Positions 37,564-50,469 of a stretch of DNA of 64,000 nt are shown in pieces. Source of the DNA: Octopus sinensis (Eukaryota). Under the pieces are notes generated by a model, which saw only the letters and a program-made list of their open reading frames with translations, was not told the DNA's origin and did no database searches. The DNA is taken from the NCBI RefSeq assembly GCF_006345805.1, contig NC_043018.1, positions 13,082,001 to 13,146,000 of the forward strand. Direction: 5' to 3'. Numbering within the stretch: position 1 is the first letter of the stretch; every line of letters starts with the position of its first letter. A program made the position numbers and the translations under genes.

Positions 37564-38015
37564 TTAACCCTTTAGCATTTAAACTAGCCACATCAAGCCC
37601 AAACATTTTACCTGTTTTATGTTCAAAACAGCCAAATTCAGTCTATCACACCCTACAAAGTCATTCTAAAAATAAACAATCACAGCATCAAAATCTCAAG
37701 GCTACAAAATCATAATCAATAAGCATTATATTTGACAAGTGAGGTCGTTGCCAGTGCCGCTGGACTGACTCCGGTGCTGGTGGCACATAAAAAACACCAC
37801 TTGAGCGTGGCCGTTGCCAGTACCGCCTGACTGGCCCTCGTGCTGGTTGGAGTTAGGAAGGGCATCCAGCTGTAGAAACTCTGCCAAAACAAGATTGGAG
37901 ACTGGTGCAACCATCTGGTTCACCAGTCCTCAGTCAAATCGTCCAACCCATGCTAGCATGGAAAGCAGACGTTAAACAACAACAACAACAAACAATCTGA
38001 ACACGAAAGGGTTAA
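37564..38015 (+). mobile_element. TTAA-flanked MITE (piggyBac-type ends) interrupted by an RTE tail. Other copies at ~4085-4245, 6015-6220, 19600-19678, 39145-39355 and 54985-55140
   Basis: TTAA|CCCTTT at 37564 and AAAGGG|TTAA at 38006-38015. Shared internal motifs AAACAATCAC...ATCTC.AAGCTA...TAAGCATTACATTTGA.AG. Confidence 0.7.
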
Positions 38016-38423
38016 AGGACCAACAATATTCCATCCGGTCATCCATCTTCTCTGCTCATTATCATTATGAAAGTTGTGGGAATAGAGTTCTCAAGCAGCT
38101 CTTCTAGAGTCCTATCATTAAACATACAACACTATTCATGAGTCAAACACCAGCTTGGTGCCAACAATCATTAATAATAATACACTATCTTTAAATTAAT
38201 GATTGTAAGCAGGACAAAATTACTGTGCACATCCAACACTACATTCAGATGAAATTTCAAAATTGAAAATACCAAGCTCATAAAAGGTTTAAAGTCAAAA
38301 AAGCAGGAATAAAAGTAAAGAAAAAATATTGAATTAGATAGAACTCAAGGAAACTAAAGTACATGAAATAACCGTGTTAACACAAAGCGGAGGCAAATGC
38401 AAAAACTGGTTACAATTACTTAC

Positions 38424-38594
38424 AAGGAAATCCTTTACAAAGCTCTTCAATAGGTGTTGACATTTTCTTTTCACTAATTCTTTCATATTTTTGTCGTTTG
38501 GTTGCTGCTTTCAATCCCTGCCATGGCAAGCTTCCTCTCAAAAAATACATGAAAACATATCCTAATGATTCCATGTCATCTCGTCTACTTTGCT
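38424..38594 (-). CDS. CSNK1D: CK1 exon 5 (171 nt): (E)[56 protein letters not shown]
   Basis: Lies within ORF 38416-38625. Acceptor attttcag|AG and donor CCTT|gtaagt. Confidence 0.97.
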
Positions 38595-39384
38595 CTGAAA
38601 ATATTAGTAACACATTAATTAGCAAAAGAAAACAACAAAATCACAAAGATAACATCATTTCCATTTTTTTATCATTTTTTTGATACTGATGGATGGCAGC
38701 ATCCATAAAGTAATCGTACACCACAAGTACGGCATTTCTAATCACATCCTCATAAATTATGAAGTCTTTTTGCAAAAAAGATGACCAAATGAACAGCTTC
38801 AGTAGTATTGTTCTTCACCATTGTAAGACAGCATTTGTATTTCTTCATTCTGACTTGTGTAGAAAAATTATATTTTGGGAAACTAATAAAGATTAAGGAT
38901 GGTGGGTGAATGACAATCTATGTATGCATGCATACACGCATATATATGATGGCTGCAACTTGATTTTGAGCAATGCCACTGCTTGGTGGTTGTTGTAATG
39001 CTGCATGGATGTGGTAACAAAGAGTAGTAATTCCTGCAGTAGGTCTTCGCAGAGCTTATCACCCATGCTGACACAGGCCTTCATTCCACTATGGGATTTT
39101 TCATTGTAGGTTTTGATTTTTTTTTTGGCTTTGGTCAATAACACTTTATCATTTAAACAGCCTTATCAGGCCCAAATATTATACCTTTTTAATGTTCATA
39201 CTGGCTGGATCTAGCCTCTCACACCTATCCAATAACATCATCCTAAAAATAAACAATCACATCATTGAAGTCACGAAGTTACGAGATAATGCATCATTGC
39301 TTCAAAATGATGTGAGTAAATAAGCACTGCATTTGACAGAGTAATCTGAATGCGCAGAAGTGTTTGTTCGACCAGGTGTTGCTG

Positions 39385-39502
39385 GCTTAATTACGCACGA
39401 CTCAAGTTAGAGACGGGGTGCGTATTATACATAAGGTTTAGGTTTTCCAGAGGTACAGCCCCCTAAAAATCCTCTGCGTATTATACTTGCGGATTTACGG
39501 TA
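39385..39502. mobile_element. Probable terminal fragment of a Tc2/pogo-like DNA transposon
   Basis: Repeated GCGTATTATAC motif ending in GGATTTACGG|TA, typical of CCGTA-type termini. The other end was not found. Confidence 0.4.
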
Positions 39503-40741
39503 ATTTTTTTTACCAGCTGAGTGGAGTGCAGCCTGAAATAAAGTGTCTCACTCAAAAACACCATGTGCCACCAGATACTGGAGCCAAAATCATGAGCTGA
39601 ATATTCTTCTTAACCAGTAAACCATGTGCTTTCACATGCCAGAAACAGTATTGCTGCTGTTAAACAGATAAAAAATAATTTACATGTCTTGCAAGAACTC
39701 ATCCACTAAGAACAGCAAAACACTCAATCCTCATTAGTTGCATTTCCAAAAAAGTCAAAAACTACCATTCTGCCAAACATTCTTATGTTCTTCAAAAAAC
39801 CTCAACTTACTAAATAGATAAATATTACATTTCTAATTTTATCTCCAACTCTCCTGTTTTGGAACAGAGGTGTATTAGAGTTATTTGGAACCTGCTCAGG
39901 GCTGAAGACATCCAGCTTTACCATTTTTTTTTTCCTACATGAATCTAAATTAGGGTAAAATCTGTGTCCATCAGACAAGTACATTCTTGTGACAACAAGA
40001 AAAAGTCACCACCTTTCAAGAAAGCAACACAATGAGAGCTAGTTCGTTGTTACCTTTTTGTTTATTACTACAATAAGCACCAATACTCTCTCTCGTCTCA
40101 TCAAAATAGCACTCCCACCCACTCCTCCAATCCCCAGCTCTTGTTACCTTTATTCCCAGACTTACTAAATGTTGTCCTATCCTTTATTGTCCCAGAACAT
40201 TCTTATAAAATTCCTTTCAAATGCACAATTTTATTCATCACTAGCTGTAATCATATAAAACTTTCTAAGTCCACACTAATCACAAATCTTTTCATTTAAA
40301 CGACTGTTTTTGTTGTTGGGTGTTAGCGCTATGCAAACTATACTTCTTGTGCCAGTGTAAGGTGGTGGTGGGGGAACCAGATTGTACTTCAATGTATATC
40401 CTAGTACTGGATTTTACATATTGCTGTTGTTAACCACACTGCTACAAATATGAATTGAACTTCTTATCATGCTAAATGGCTAAAGTAAGCAGAGTTATAT
40501 ATCTTGTTTACAATTACACAATACAAAAGCTGTAATGATTTTCTTTTTAAGCATTGACTATGCCGTCCAGGCCTCTGACATCCATTGTCCACACACACAA
40601 AATTACCCATCAATAAATTATTAATCTTGCCATAAATTTTTTTTTTAAAATCTTTCATTTCTTGTAACAAAATTCTTCACAACGAGACCAATGACAACGA
40701 TTAATGATGGTGGTGATAATGAAAATGAAGTCGTTACTTAC

Positions 40742-40970
40742 CTATTCCTAAATGTGTGTTTATACTAGCATATCTTGCTGTGCCAGTTAAGTTTTTATTT
40801 TCTCGATAAGAAATATGTTGGTGAGACCTTGGATCCCTGTACTTTTTAGCAAGTCCAAAGTCAATAATATAGACTAAATTTCCCTTTTTCCCTAATCCCA
40901 TGAGAAAATTATCCGGTTTGACATCTCGATGGATGAAATTTTTTGAATGAATATACTCAATCCGACTTAT
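40742..40970 (-). CDS. CSNK1D: CK1 exon 4 (229 nt): [76 protein letters not shown]
   Basis: Read manually (absent from the ORF track). Acceptor aacttcag|ATA and donor ATAG|gtaagt. Contains HRD, DFG and the CK1-specific SIN motif. Confidence 0.97.
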
Positions 40971-43900
40971 CTGAAGTTAGAAAAATAAAAAATAGTTAAT
41001 ATTTTAAGGTCTTTAAGTGTGCATATCAAAATATTAAGGATAGAATACATCTGATCTTTAAACTGAAATAAGATGTGTTTATGAAGCTGCAATATTTGTT
41101 GTGATGAAATGTTAAAAAAAAAAAAGAAAAAGAAAAAGAAAAAGAAAAAAAAGAAGCATATTTGATGCTTTCCAAAATGGCCAAAATTTTCGTTTAACAT
41201 TTTTCATAATACAGCATATATACAATACATACTGTGTTTGTATACTTGCTACATTATATACTATATACAAATATTCTGGCAAACCTGAAACAATAATGCT
41301 TATCATTTTCTTTGAATACTTATGAAAATTATCTTCCTTAAAATATCTAAAATATCTTTAAATGCTCTAATTCGCTCCTCAATCTCTCTGCGAAACCAAA
41401 AATACAATTTATTTTTAAATCAAACATTCAAAACACTGAACCCGACACAGCTCACACAAAGGGAGAGATTCCCAAAATCTGAACTGAACCAATGTGCTGA
41501 CATTTCCAAAATACCATCAACCCATGAAAATATTAGACATTAACACCAGGCTTACCACTTATAGAAGTGGAACCATGTAGTTATCACCTGCCAGTCAACT
41601 ACATAACTAATTGCATAACACAGCACCAGCCATTATTACATCTTCCCAAATTTCAATTATGAAAGATTTTAAAACAGCGCAGAATGTTATTCTCAACATT
41701 TTTGACAGTAAATTCTTCCAAATTGTACACCGCAATCTTATCTTTCACACACGTATACGTAACCATTAGAGAGATAAATAATTTGCAGTGCTCCAGCATG
41801 GATGCAGTCAAATAACTGGAACAAGTAAAAGAATCTAAGATTAAATAAAAATAAGTAGAATTATCTAATTTGGCCAGATGTGCTCAGTATTTGACTTCAA
41901 ATCAAATTATCAGTCATTGCTCTGTTTACTGACTATGTAGTAGTAGTAGTAGCAGTAGTAGTACTATTACTACTTGATAGTAATGCCTGATACAAGAAAT
42001 GTCATCCAAGCATAAAACAAGTGGTTTCCATATGTACACTGATAAGATCTTAGCAACTCTCGACCAATTTCCTCATTCTTTCATTAATATCTCTGATAAA
42101 TTTAAAGGCTAAAGCTGAGCAGAATCAATTTTTCTCCATTTCTCACATTTAATAATATTCCATAACAAAACAAAGTTTGCTCCCCTGTACAAAATTCTGT
42201 TTTCAATATTAACCATAAATTACCCAACTTGTGCAGTGTTGATGTTCTTGTAAAAGAATAATCCTTTATCTTATTTGATACTGAAATCCAAATGGTATTT
42301 AATGTTTTGTAAAACATTTTGAATCTTGGACAAAAACATTTTTCCAGGTAGTGAAATAAACTGTTTTACTTTGAGAATCACTTCTCAGCCAATTAATCGA
42401 CTTCTCTGGGACTGAGTCAACTTAAGAGCAGATATGTGGTTACTCAACTTGCTAAAAACAAACAGTTCTATTTTTAAGAAGGAAGGACACCAATAACAGA
42501 ATTAAATTCATTAGAACTGAAAGAAATTACAGAATGATCAGCTGAAATTCCTTCGCTCATAATTCTGCTGGGACTTAACGAGAACCTGAGTTTTGTAACT
42601 GGATGCTTAATTTTAAAATCATTTGAAATTTCAGATATCTTTAAAAACTAAACTTATCCATCATAGTCAGAATCACAGCTTAATCCTTTTATCACCCCAC
42701 CCTCCACCTACCTTGTATACCTTGCTTCTAAACAACAATTCATAGACTAGTTTATAAGATTCAGGATCTTGTACAAGTATATTCTTTGGATTCCACTTGT
42801 AACAGTAATTCATTTACATCTAACAAGACACTGACATTTATTTTATGGTTCTCAGTCAGCCAAAAGGTCACCATTACAATCAGTGTTTCAAATCACTATA
42901 TTGATGAGTATTGTAGTAATATAAATGAAATAATAAATAAACATTGAAAACACCTAATACCACCACATAAATGCACAGATAATAACATACATCTATAATA
43001 CACACACACACACACACACACAGAATTTTTACTGTAACTAGACAAACTAATTTGGTTGCCTCCTTCACTAGAGATAACTAGAGATAACCTACAAATACCA
43101 ATCCTAATAATTTTGTAGCCATTTCACAACACACAGCTACCCTTTCTTCCTCGTCATAATGTCTGGAGTAGGATTAGTCAATATCAGATTGCAATATAAC
43201 TTGGACAATTTTACAAAAGGCAATATTAAAAGAAAATCCTTTAGGCAACTGATATATATATGTATATATTATTACCCAATATATTACAATCACCACTAAG
43301 TCAAAAAAAAATAAATAAATAAATACCAAAACCCTTTTCAAATTTACAAATTGTACTTAATTGTGCCCAAGAAGATCCAACCTCCACAACAGAAGGGTTA
43401 AGGCCACATCCCCTGATGTAGAGGACTGGCCTGCCATGTAAAAAGCGTTTTATGTTGGCACCATGTAAAAGCACTTGTGCCAGTGTCACATTAAAAGCAT
43501 CCAGCTGTGGAATTCAAGCCGAATCAGACTGGAACCTGGTACAGCTCTTCATCTTGCAGGCTCTGGTCAAACCATCCAACCCATGCCAGTATGGAAAATG
43601 GACATTAAAGGATGAGAGAAAGTAATCTCTACTGATAGAACACACCTCTGAGGTCTATGCAGTCACTTAACTAGCTTAGAACAACCAGAATTTCCATGAA
43701 ACCAAATCCTACTGTCTTGAAGACAGACTGGATTTACTTTCTGAGATACAAAATTGAATAGTCATAGACAGAATGCCTGAAAGCAGTGCTCCGACATGGC
43801 CTTGGCTTTGCTGATTCAAAAGAAATGAAAGAACTTTGATTATAGGTCTGTGTGAGAGGAATTACTATCAGGCCCAAACAAAAACAATCAACAGTTAGAA

Positions 43901-45353
43901 AGGGAAACAAGAAAGTGTTCCTTCTGTATGACGACACCCCCACCCCATTGAGGGATCTCTATTGAAACACATTCACATGTGTTGCTGCAACACAGTGTAA
44001 GCCATCACTTTGTAAGGCCAGGATGTTGCTCTATGACAAGAATTTCATCAATCAATATACATAGTCATATTGAAACAAAAAGTGATTGGAGTGTGTGTGT
44101 GTGCTTGCGTACATGTTGAGAACATACAAACATTAATTTGCCTGAGATAGTCATATGCTAAACATTTTAGCATCTTGAACATTCGTAGTTGAAAGTAACT
44201 TAAGCAAGTTAAAAGTTTATTTCTCTGAATTTTTGCAAAATATCAGTTTCATAGTAAAATGTAGCATTTTCTGTTGTAAGCTGTAAGCGAATACAAAAGC
44301 CAAAACACCATTCACTATTTCCATTTCAATAATTTTATGAATAATCTGTGGCAAAGATATTAAAAATGTGCTGAATATAATAGCTGATTATTTTACATGT
44401 GATTCTAGTTGTTATGAAAACAATATTAGCACTTTTTATTATATCAGATATTAAATGACAATTATTAGCAAATAAATAATAAAAAAAACTGTTTCTTTCC
44501 GGGTAACATATTTATGTGAGAAAAAATGTCCCCACCTTTTCTGTTGCTTTACTTAGCACGACATATTCCAAATGGTATCATAATTTACAAACCAGCAGAG
44601 AATTTACCTCTCAATACACCCGATTCTTTTGATCATTTCTCTCCAATAAATATCTTAAAACTAACAACTGCAGTAATGGTTGTATTAGACTTTTAAAAAA
44701 AATTTAAATCAGAAATTTCACAAAGAGCTGAAACAAATGTCATAGAGAATGATGAGTGTATCTTTTAATTACTTCAGTCATTAGAATGTGGCCATATTGG
44801 GACACAACCTTGAAGACTTTAGTTGAGTCAATCGACCACAGAACACGTTTTTTTTTTTGTTCTTTTTAATAAAGCCTGGTACTTATTCTGTCAGCCTTTT
44901 TTACCATTTCCATTGATGGGGAAAATTACAGCAATGTCACCGCTCATAGCTGAATGATTTTCACAAATATAAAGACATAAGGGATAAACACACTTATGCA
45001 TGCACATGCACACACACACACACACACACACAATTGAGAGGCTTCTCTCAGTTTCTACCTACCAAATCCACTCACAAGGCTTTGGTCAACCCAGGGTCTG
45101 CAGTCAAAGACATTTGCCCATGATACTGTAAAGTGTTATTGAATACATTCCCTACACTCTAGCTGCATTAATTAGAAATATTACAAGTGAAAAGTCTCTC
45201 TCCATCAAAAAGGATATTTTCAGAGAGCAAATAAGTTTGGTGTAAAAATTCATAACAAAAGAATAAATGAACAACACTAGTGACTAGGTTCAAATAGACA
45301 TCAAAATATACAATACAAAATAATTAAAAAATTAAGGAAAATCAAATATTTAC

Positions 45354-45502
45354 CAACTGATCTGCAAGCAAAAGCACAGTTTTTGGACTGAATTTTCTTG
45401 AACAGAAATTAAATAGATCTTCAAGACTGGGACCAAGAAGCTCCATTACCATGACATTGTAATCGCCTTCAGCACCACCCCATTTGATTGTGGGAATTCC
45501 TA
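45354..45502 (-). CDS. CSNK1D: CK1 exon 3 (149 nt): (V)[49 protein letters not shown]
   Basis: Lies within ORF 45342-45536. Acceptor ttttcag|TA and donor TTG|gtaaat. Encodes the hinge (MELLGPSL). Confidence 0.97.
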
Positions 45503-48169
45503 CTGAAAATAGTTTAAAAAAAAAAACAAAGTTCAAAATAATGCCTTTACATTTAAAATTCTGACATAAAAAAAAATAAATAAATTTAATATTCCAATTC
45601 AGTTTGAGAACTTTTTACAATAAACCAATTAACAAAGACAAAAACTATATAGCTTTTAAAATTACAAAATATGAAAAAAAATAATTTAGAGCCTCTGCTA
45701 GAATCAATCACATATGTATATATAATTGTTTCTGATATAGGCACAAGGTCTGAAAGTTGTTGGGGGGGGGGTGAATTACATCAACACCAATATTTCACAT
45801 CTTATTGACCCCAAAAGGATGAAAGATAAACTCAACCCCAGCACAATTTGAACTCAGAACAAAAAGCTGGAAGAACTGCTGCTTAGCATTTTGCCCAGCA
45901 TGCTACCAATTCTGCCAGGTTGCTGCCTCATCTATGACTATAGAATAAATTAACTAATTCACAATTATTATTACACAAGTAAATGATGTGATCAGAGTAA
46001 AAATTAAACATACATTTATTGCTTGTTTTTCAAACAATTTACAATTTTTGTTTTTCAAATCCTCAGTATCAATCTATTTTAACAAATCTTTTATTACAAG
46101 GAAGTAAAATATCAATTTAATTCATACTTGATAAATAAACATTTTCATAAATCTTTTATTGTGTCTGGGGAGAGTGAACACACGAATTCCCATAAAGAAT
46201 CTTGCAAACCAAACACAAACAATATTCAGTTGTTATATGAGGATACAGGCAGGGCTGTGTGATTAAGGAGCTTGCTTCTCAACAATGTGGCTCTGGGGTC
46301 AGTCTCACTTTGCAGCACCTTCAACAAAGTGCCCTCCACGAAAACCCCAAGCCATCCAATGCTTAATAAAGGAATTTGGTAGACAGAAACTGCAAGAAGC
46401 CGTGTGTGTGTGTGTGTGAAGGTTAATAAACTATGCTGCACTATGGTTACAAATAGTGACGTCACTATTTGTGGCTGAGCTGATGGTCATTGACATTTCC
46501 CGTCAACAAACTGTCTGCTAGTTCTGTCATCAAGTTCCTTTGGAATAAAATCAACTCCCTTAGCTTGGAAAACAGGTAAGGGTTGGCAACCAGAAAAGCA
46601 TCCAGCTGTAAAAATACTGCCTTAATTACCTCCCATCTAAACCACGGTAAAAACAAACATTTAGTGGAATAAATGGATGAACAAAGCTACAAAACCTTCC
46701 ATTTGTAACTTGGTTAGCAATGTCAATCAATCAGTGATGGCTTCACAATAACATTTCTGTTTGCATTCAATAACCCATATTTTTCATAAACTACCCCCAC
46801 CAATAACCCAATATTGGGGGGGGGGCAGTTTATGAGGAACCCATTGTGTATGAAACAACATTAAGGGAGCCTTTCCTTCATTGAACAAGTTTATTGATTC
46901 ATTGAACTCTACAAGTGTTTTGCCAAACCAACAAAGAAGAGCGTACGGCAGCTCAAGTTGCTGGAATGTCTCTCAAATGACACAGCGAATAATGAAGTCC
47001 TGGTTGTATTAACTTAGGAAATCTAATCAAATGCTAACAGTTGGGAAGCCTTCAATCACAGAATTGACCTGGGGCTTCACAACATCAACAGTACTTTGTG
47101 TGCACATAGTTGTTTTATTGTGAAGGTTGGACAACCTTTTTCCAGAAGTGGATCACATGAGACATGACTCATCATCTGGCATGTTGCACTACTAAAAAAA
47201 GTGAAGATAATTTTCCATTAGCCATGCCATTCAGAAAGTCCCATGGGCTGCAGGTTACCCAATCTTGAGTTTCATTAGACTCCTGTAATCATTTGCTCAT
47301 TCAACCTTATGTCAATTCATCATTAATAATTTTCAAGTTGATCAAGATTAGTTCCATTTTTTCCCCTTGTTAACTTTAGTCTAGTTGGTACAAAAATAAG
47401 CTTATATGAAATAGATAAATAAAAAGGTTTGATAATAAAAAAAAATTAACAGGTCAAGGCTTAATTTTTTTTTTAAATCAGCAAAAATGATCTTTTCCAT
47501 TTTTCATCTGAATTTTGAAGGTAATAAAAATAATTTAATCTTTGACATCTAAGACAAAATGTAAAAAAAATAAATAAATTGACATCAAAATCCTTATTTT
47601 ACATTGAATTGCTTTACTTTATGATAACATTGAAAGTATTGATCTCTGACCTTGTGACCTTTCAAATAATAAATATACAGATAAAATATGGTCTATTTAA
47701 AATAAATGTTATATTGGTTCACTGCTAAAAAAACCACTGGACTTCTGAACAAGAACCCTACCAACAGACATTGTACTCTATGCCCTTGTGGTGCATAAAA
47801 ACCTTTCAGCTGAATACAATTGTAAGCAACAATCACACCTACTTCTAATTTCACTGGTCAGTGAGTGTTAACAACTGCTCTAAAACATCTGTTTTGTTAG
47901 TCATAAATAAACAAAATGAATCAAATGGACTCTTGACAAGAGTAAACTTACACAATATGTTGGAAGATAAAAAATTGTTTTAATCAAACAAATCACGAAA
48001 ATTTTTAAACAGTAATTGATAGATAACCTTTGTTTCACCAATAGAAACAGTGTCAATCGGTTTCTAATGATTTTAAAAATTTTGTAGATTTTTCAGTATC
48101 AAGCTTTAGAATTTATCTTTGTACAATTGTTTTGAGCAATAAGTCTAAGCCAACAGACTCCTACATTGA

Positions 48170-48700
48170 TTAAGACTATGACCAGAGACTGGGACCTTTG
48201 GAAGTATGCTGTGCATGGGAAGACCCGGCAGGACAAGTGAGACCATAACCCGTGGCCTCTATCTGGGACGTAGCCAGCCCACTTATGCATACCTTTTCTT
48301 CTTGTGACACAAACCCTACTTGTGAAGACCTGTTGAGGCAAGTAAAAATCAAAATCGATCAACATCAATGGAAGTTGTAGCTGTGATACCAGTGCCGGTG
48401 GCACGTAAGAGAACCGTCCGAACGTGGCCGTTGCCAGCGCCGCCCCAACTGGCCTCCATGCCGGTGGCACGTAAAAAGCACCATCTGATTGTGGCTGTTG
48501 CCAGCCTCGTCTGGCCCCCGTGCCGGTGGCACGTAAAAAGCACCATCCGATCGGGGCCGTTTGCCAGCCTCGTCTGGCACCTGTGCAGGGGGCACGTAAA
48601 AAGCACCCACTACACTCACGGAGTGGTTGGCATTAGGAAGGGCATCCAGCCTTCTGGCTTCCCAGACCCCAGTTGAACCGTCATGATGATGACGATGATG
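48170..48700 (+). mobile_element. 3' end of an RTE-type LINE: ORF C-terminus (MTRDWDLWKYAVHGKTRQDK*, 48178-48240), 3' UTR with ~55-bp tandem units and a (GAT)n tail
   Basis: The ORF end resembles RTE C-termini. There are four GCCGGTGGCACGTAAAAAGCACC-type units, then TTAGGAAGGGCATCCAGC and a gatgatgac tail. It identifies the many short copies listed separately. Confidence 0.75.
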
Positions 48701-49823
48701 TCCTGCACTGTGGAACAAAGTCAAGATGCACTTTACTGCCTCCCCAACATCATATTCTGTAGAGTGGAACTTCAGTGCAGTTACCCAGACTCTTTCTAAG
48801 CAAAGAAACAGACTGAAAATTACTGAATGTGGGATTTGAGACTACTTCTTAGTACCTTTCAGCCTGATACTGAGAAGCTCATATCCCAGCACAATATACA
48901 TACATCACCTTAAGAATATGGAGGAAGGAAAAAGACATAGGTGAAATGTAAATTTATTCTTTCATATAGTAAAAAACAAAAAGAGTTAACTATCTTTTAT
49001 TTGCTTCAGTCATTAGACTGCAGCCATGCTGGGGCATCGCCTTGAATAACTTTTAGTCAAGTGAATCGAACCCCAGTGCTTAATTTTTTTGCTAAGCCTG
49101 GTACTTAATTTATAAGTCTCTTTTGCCGGACTACTAAGTTATGTGGACATAAACATACCAACACTGGTTGTCAAGTGTTGGTGGGGACAGACACACACGC
49201 ACACACACACGTATATACAACAAGCTTCTTTCAGTTCCTGCCTACCAAATTTACTCACAAGGCTATAGTAGAAGACACTTGCCCAAGGTGCCACACAGTG
49301 GGATTGAACCTGGAACAGTGAGGTTAGGAAGCAAGCTTCTGACAACACAGCTTTGCCCGTGCTTAGCTTTTATATGTGAAACATAGTTGTTTTGAATTTG
49401 CAGTAGAAAGAGGTCTCTGTTTGTGGTGGTGGGCATGTAGGAAGGCGCTAGGAATGTGACCCGAGAGCCAAAGGAGAGACAGTTCAATAAGGTTCGGAAA
49501 CAACTGGTTCAGTCAAACAAATCGATCCCAGAACTTACTTCTTTACTAAACCTGGTACTTTTTTCTAATGGTAGCTTTTTGTCAAACTGCTAAGTTACAG
49601 ATATATAAACATACTAACACAAAGAGACACACACAGATATATATATACATATACAATGGGTTTCTTTCAGTTTCTGCCTACCAAATCCACCCACAAGTAT
49701 TTGGCTGGCCCAGAAAACACTTGGCCAAGGTGCCACACAGTGTGATTGAACTTAGAACTATGTAGCTTTTGTTATACAACCAGGCCTGCACTTAGTCACA
49801 CCTGTGTGTGTGTGTGTGTGTGT

Positions 49824-49868
<45 letters not shown>

Positions 49869-50469
49869 GTGTATGTGTGTATTCTAAAACTTAATCCAAA
49901 TTTTTTTTATTAAAAGGAAGATAAAACAAGGAGAAAGAGGCTACGATAAAATCTGTTGGAATCACTGCTACATTGAAATACACAATTACATGTAACCACC
50001 TGAATAACCCTGAACTGTGAACAAAGCCATTGCTGAAGTGTAAAGATTGAACAAGGGGAATATTACACTGCTTTTAGATGACAAATTCATAGCAGTGAAA
50101 GTGATAGCAGGTATTGATGTTTAGCATAACAAACAAGTTTTACAGGACTGTATTTCAAAGACTAGCTGACTAAACAGTTGATGACTAATGGATCAGTACA
50201 ACTAGTATGTTTTATTGCAACATAAAAAAAAAAACTAAAAAAAAAAATCAAGAATCAGACACAGTAAAAATAATAACAGAAAGATATATTCTTATGATAA
50301 CAAAGAACCGTTTCAAAGATTTAGAAATATCTTAAGTAGAGTGTGTCAACTGTTTAAAAATAGAATAAAATGCTTAATAGTTTATCACTGATCAGGAAGT
50401 AAAAGTACAATTATAAAATTTTTTTTTTTTTTTTGAAATGATGATAATATAGCTAATTACATGATAATA

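Noticed and set aside
48376-48620. ~55-bp tandem units that superficially resemble a CRISPR array
   Set aside because: The genome is eukaryotic, there are no unique spacers or cas genes, and the units are part of the RTE LINE 3' UTR (also seen at 19440-19530 and 37750-37840).
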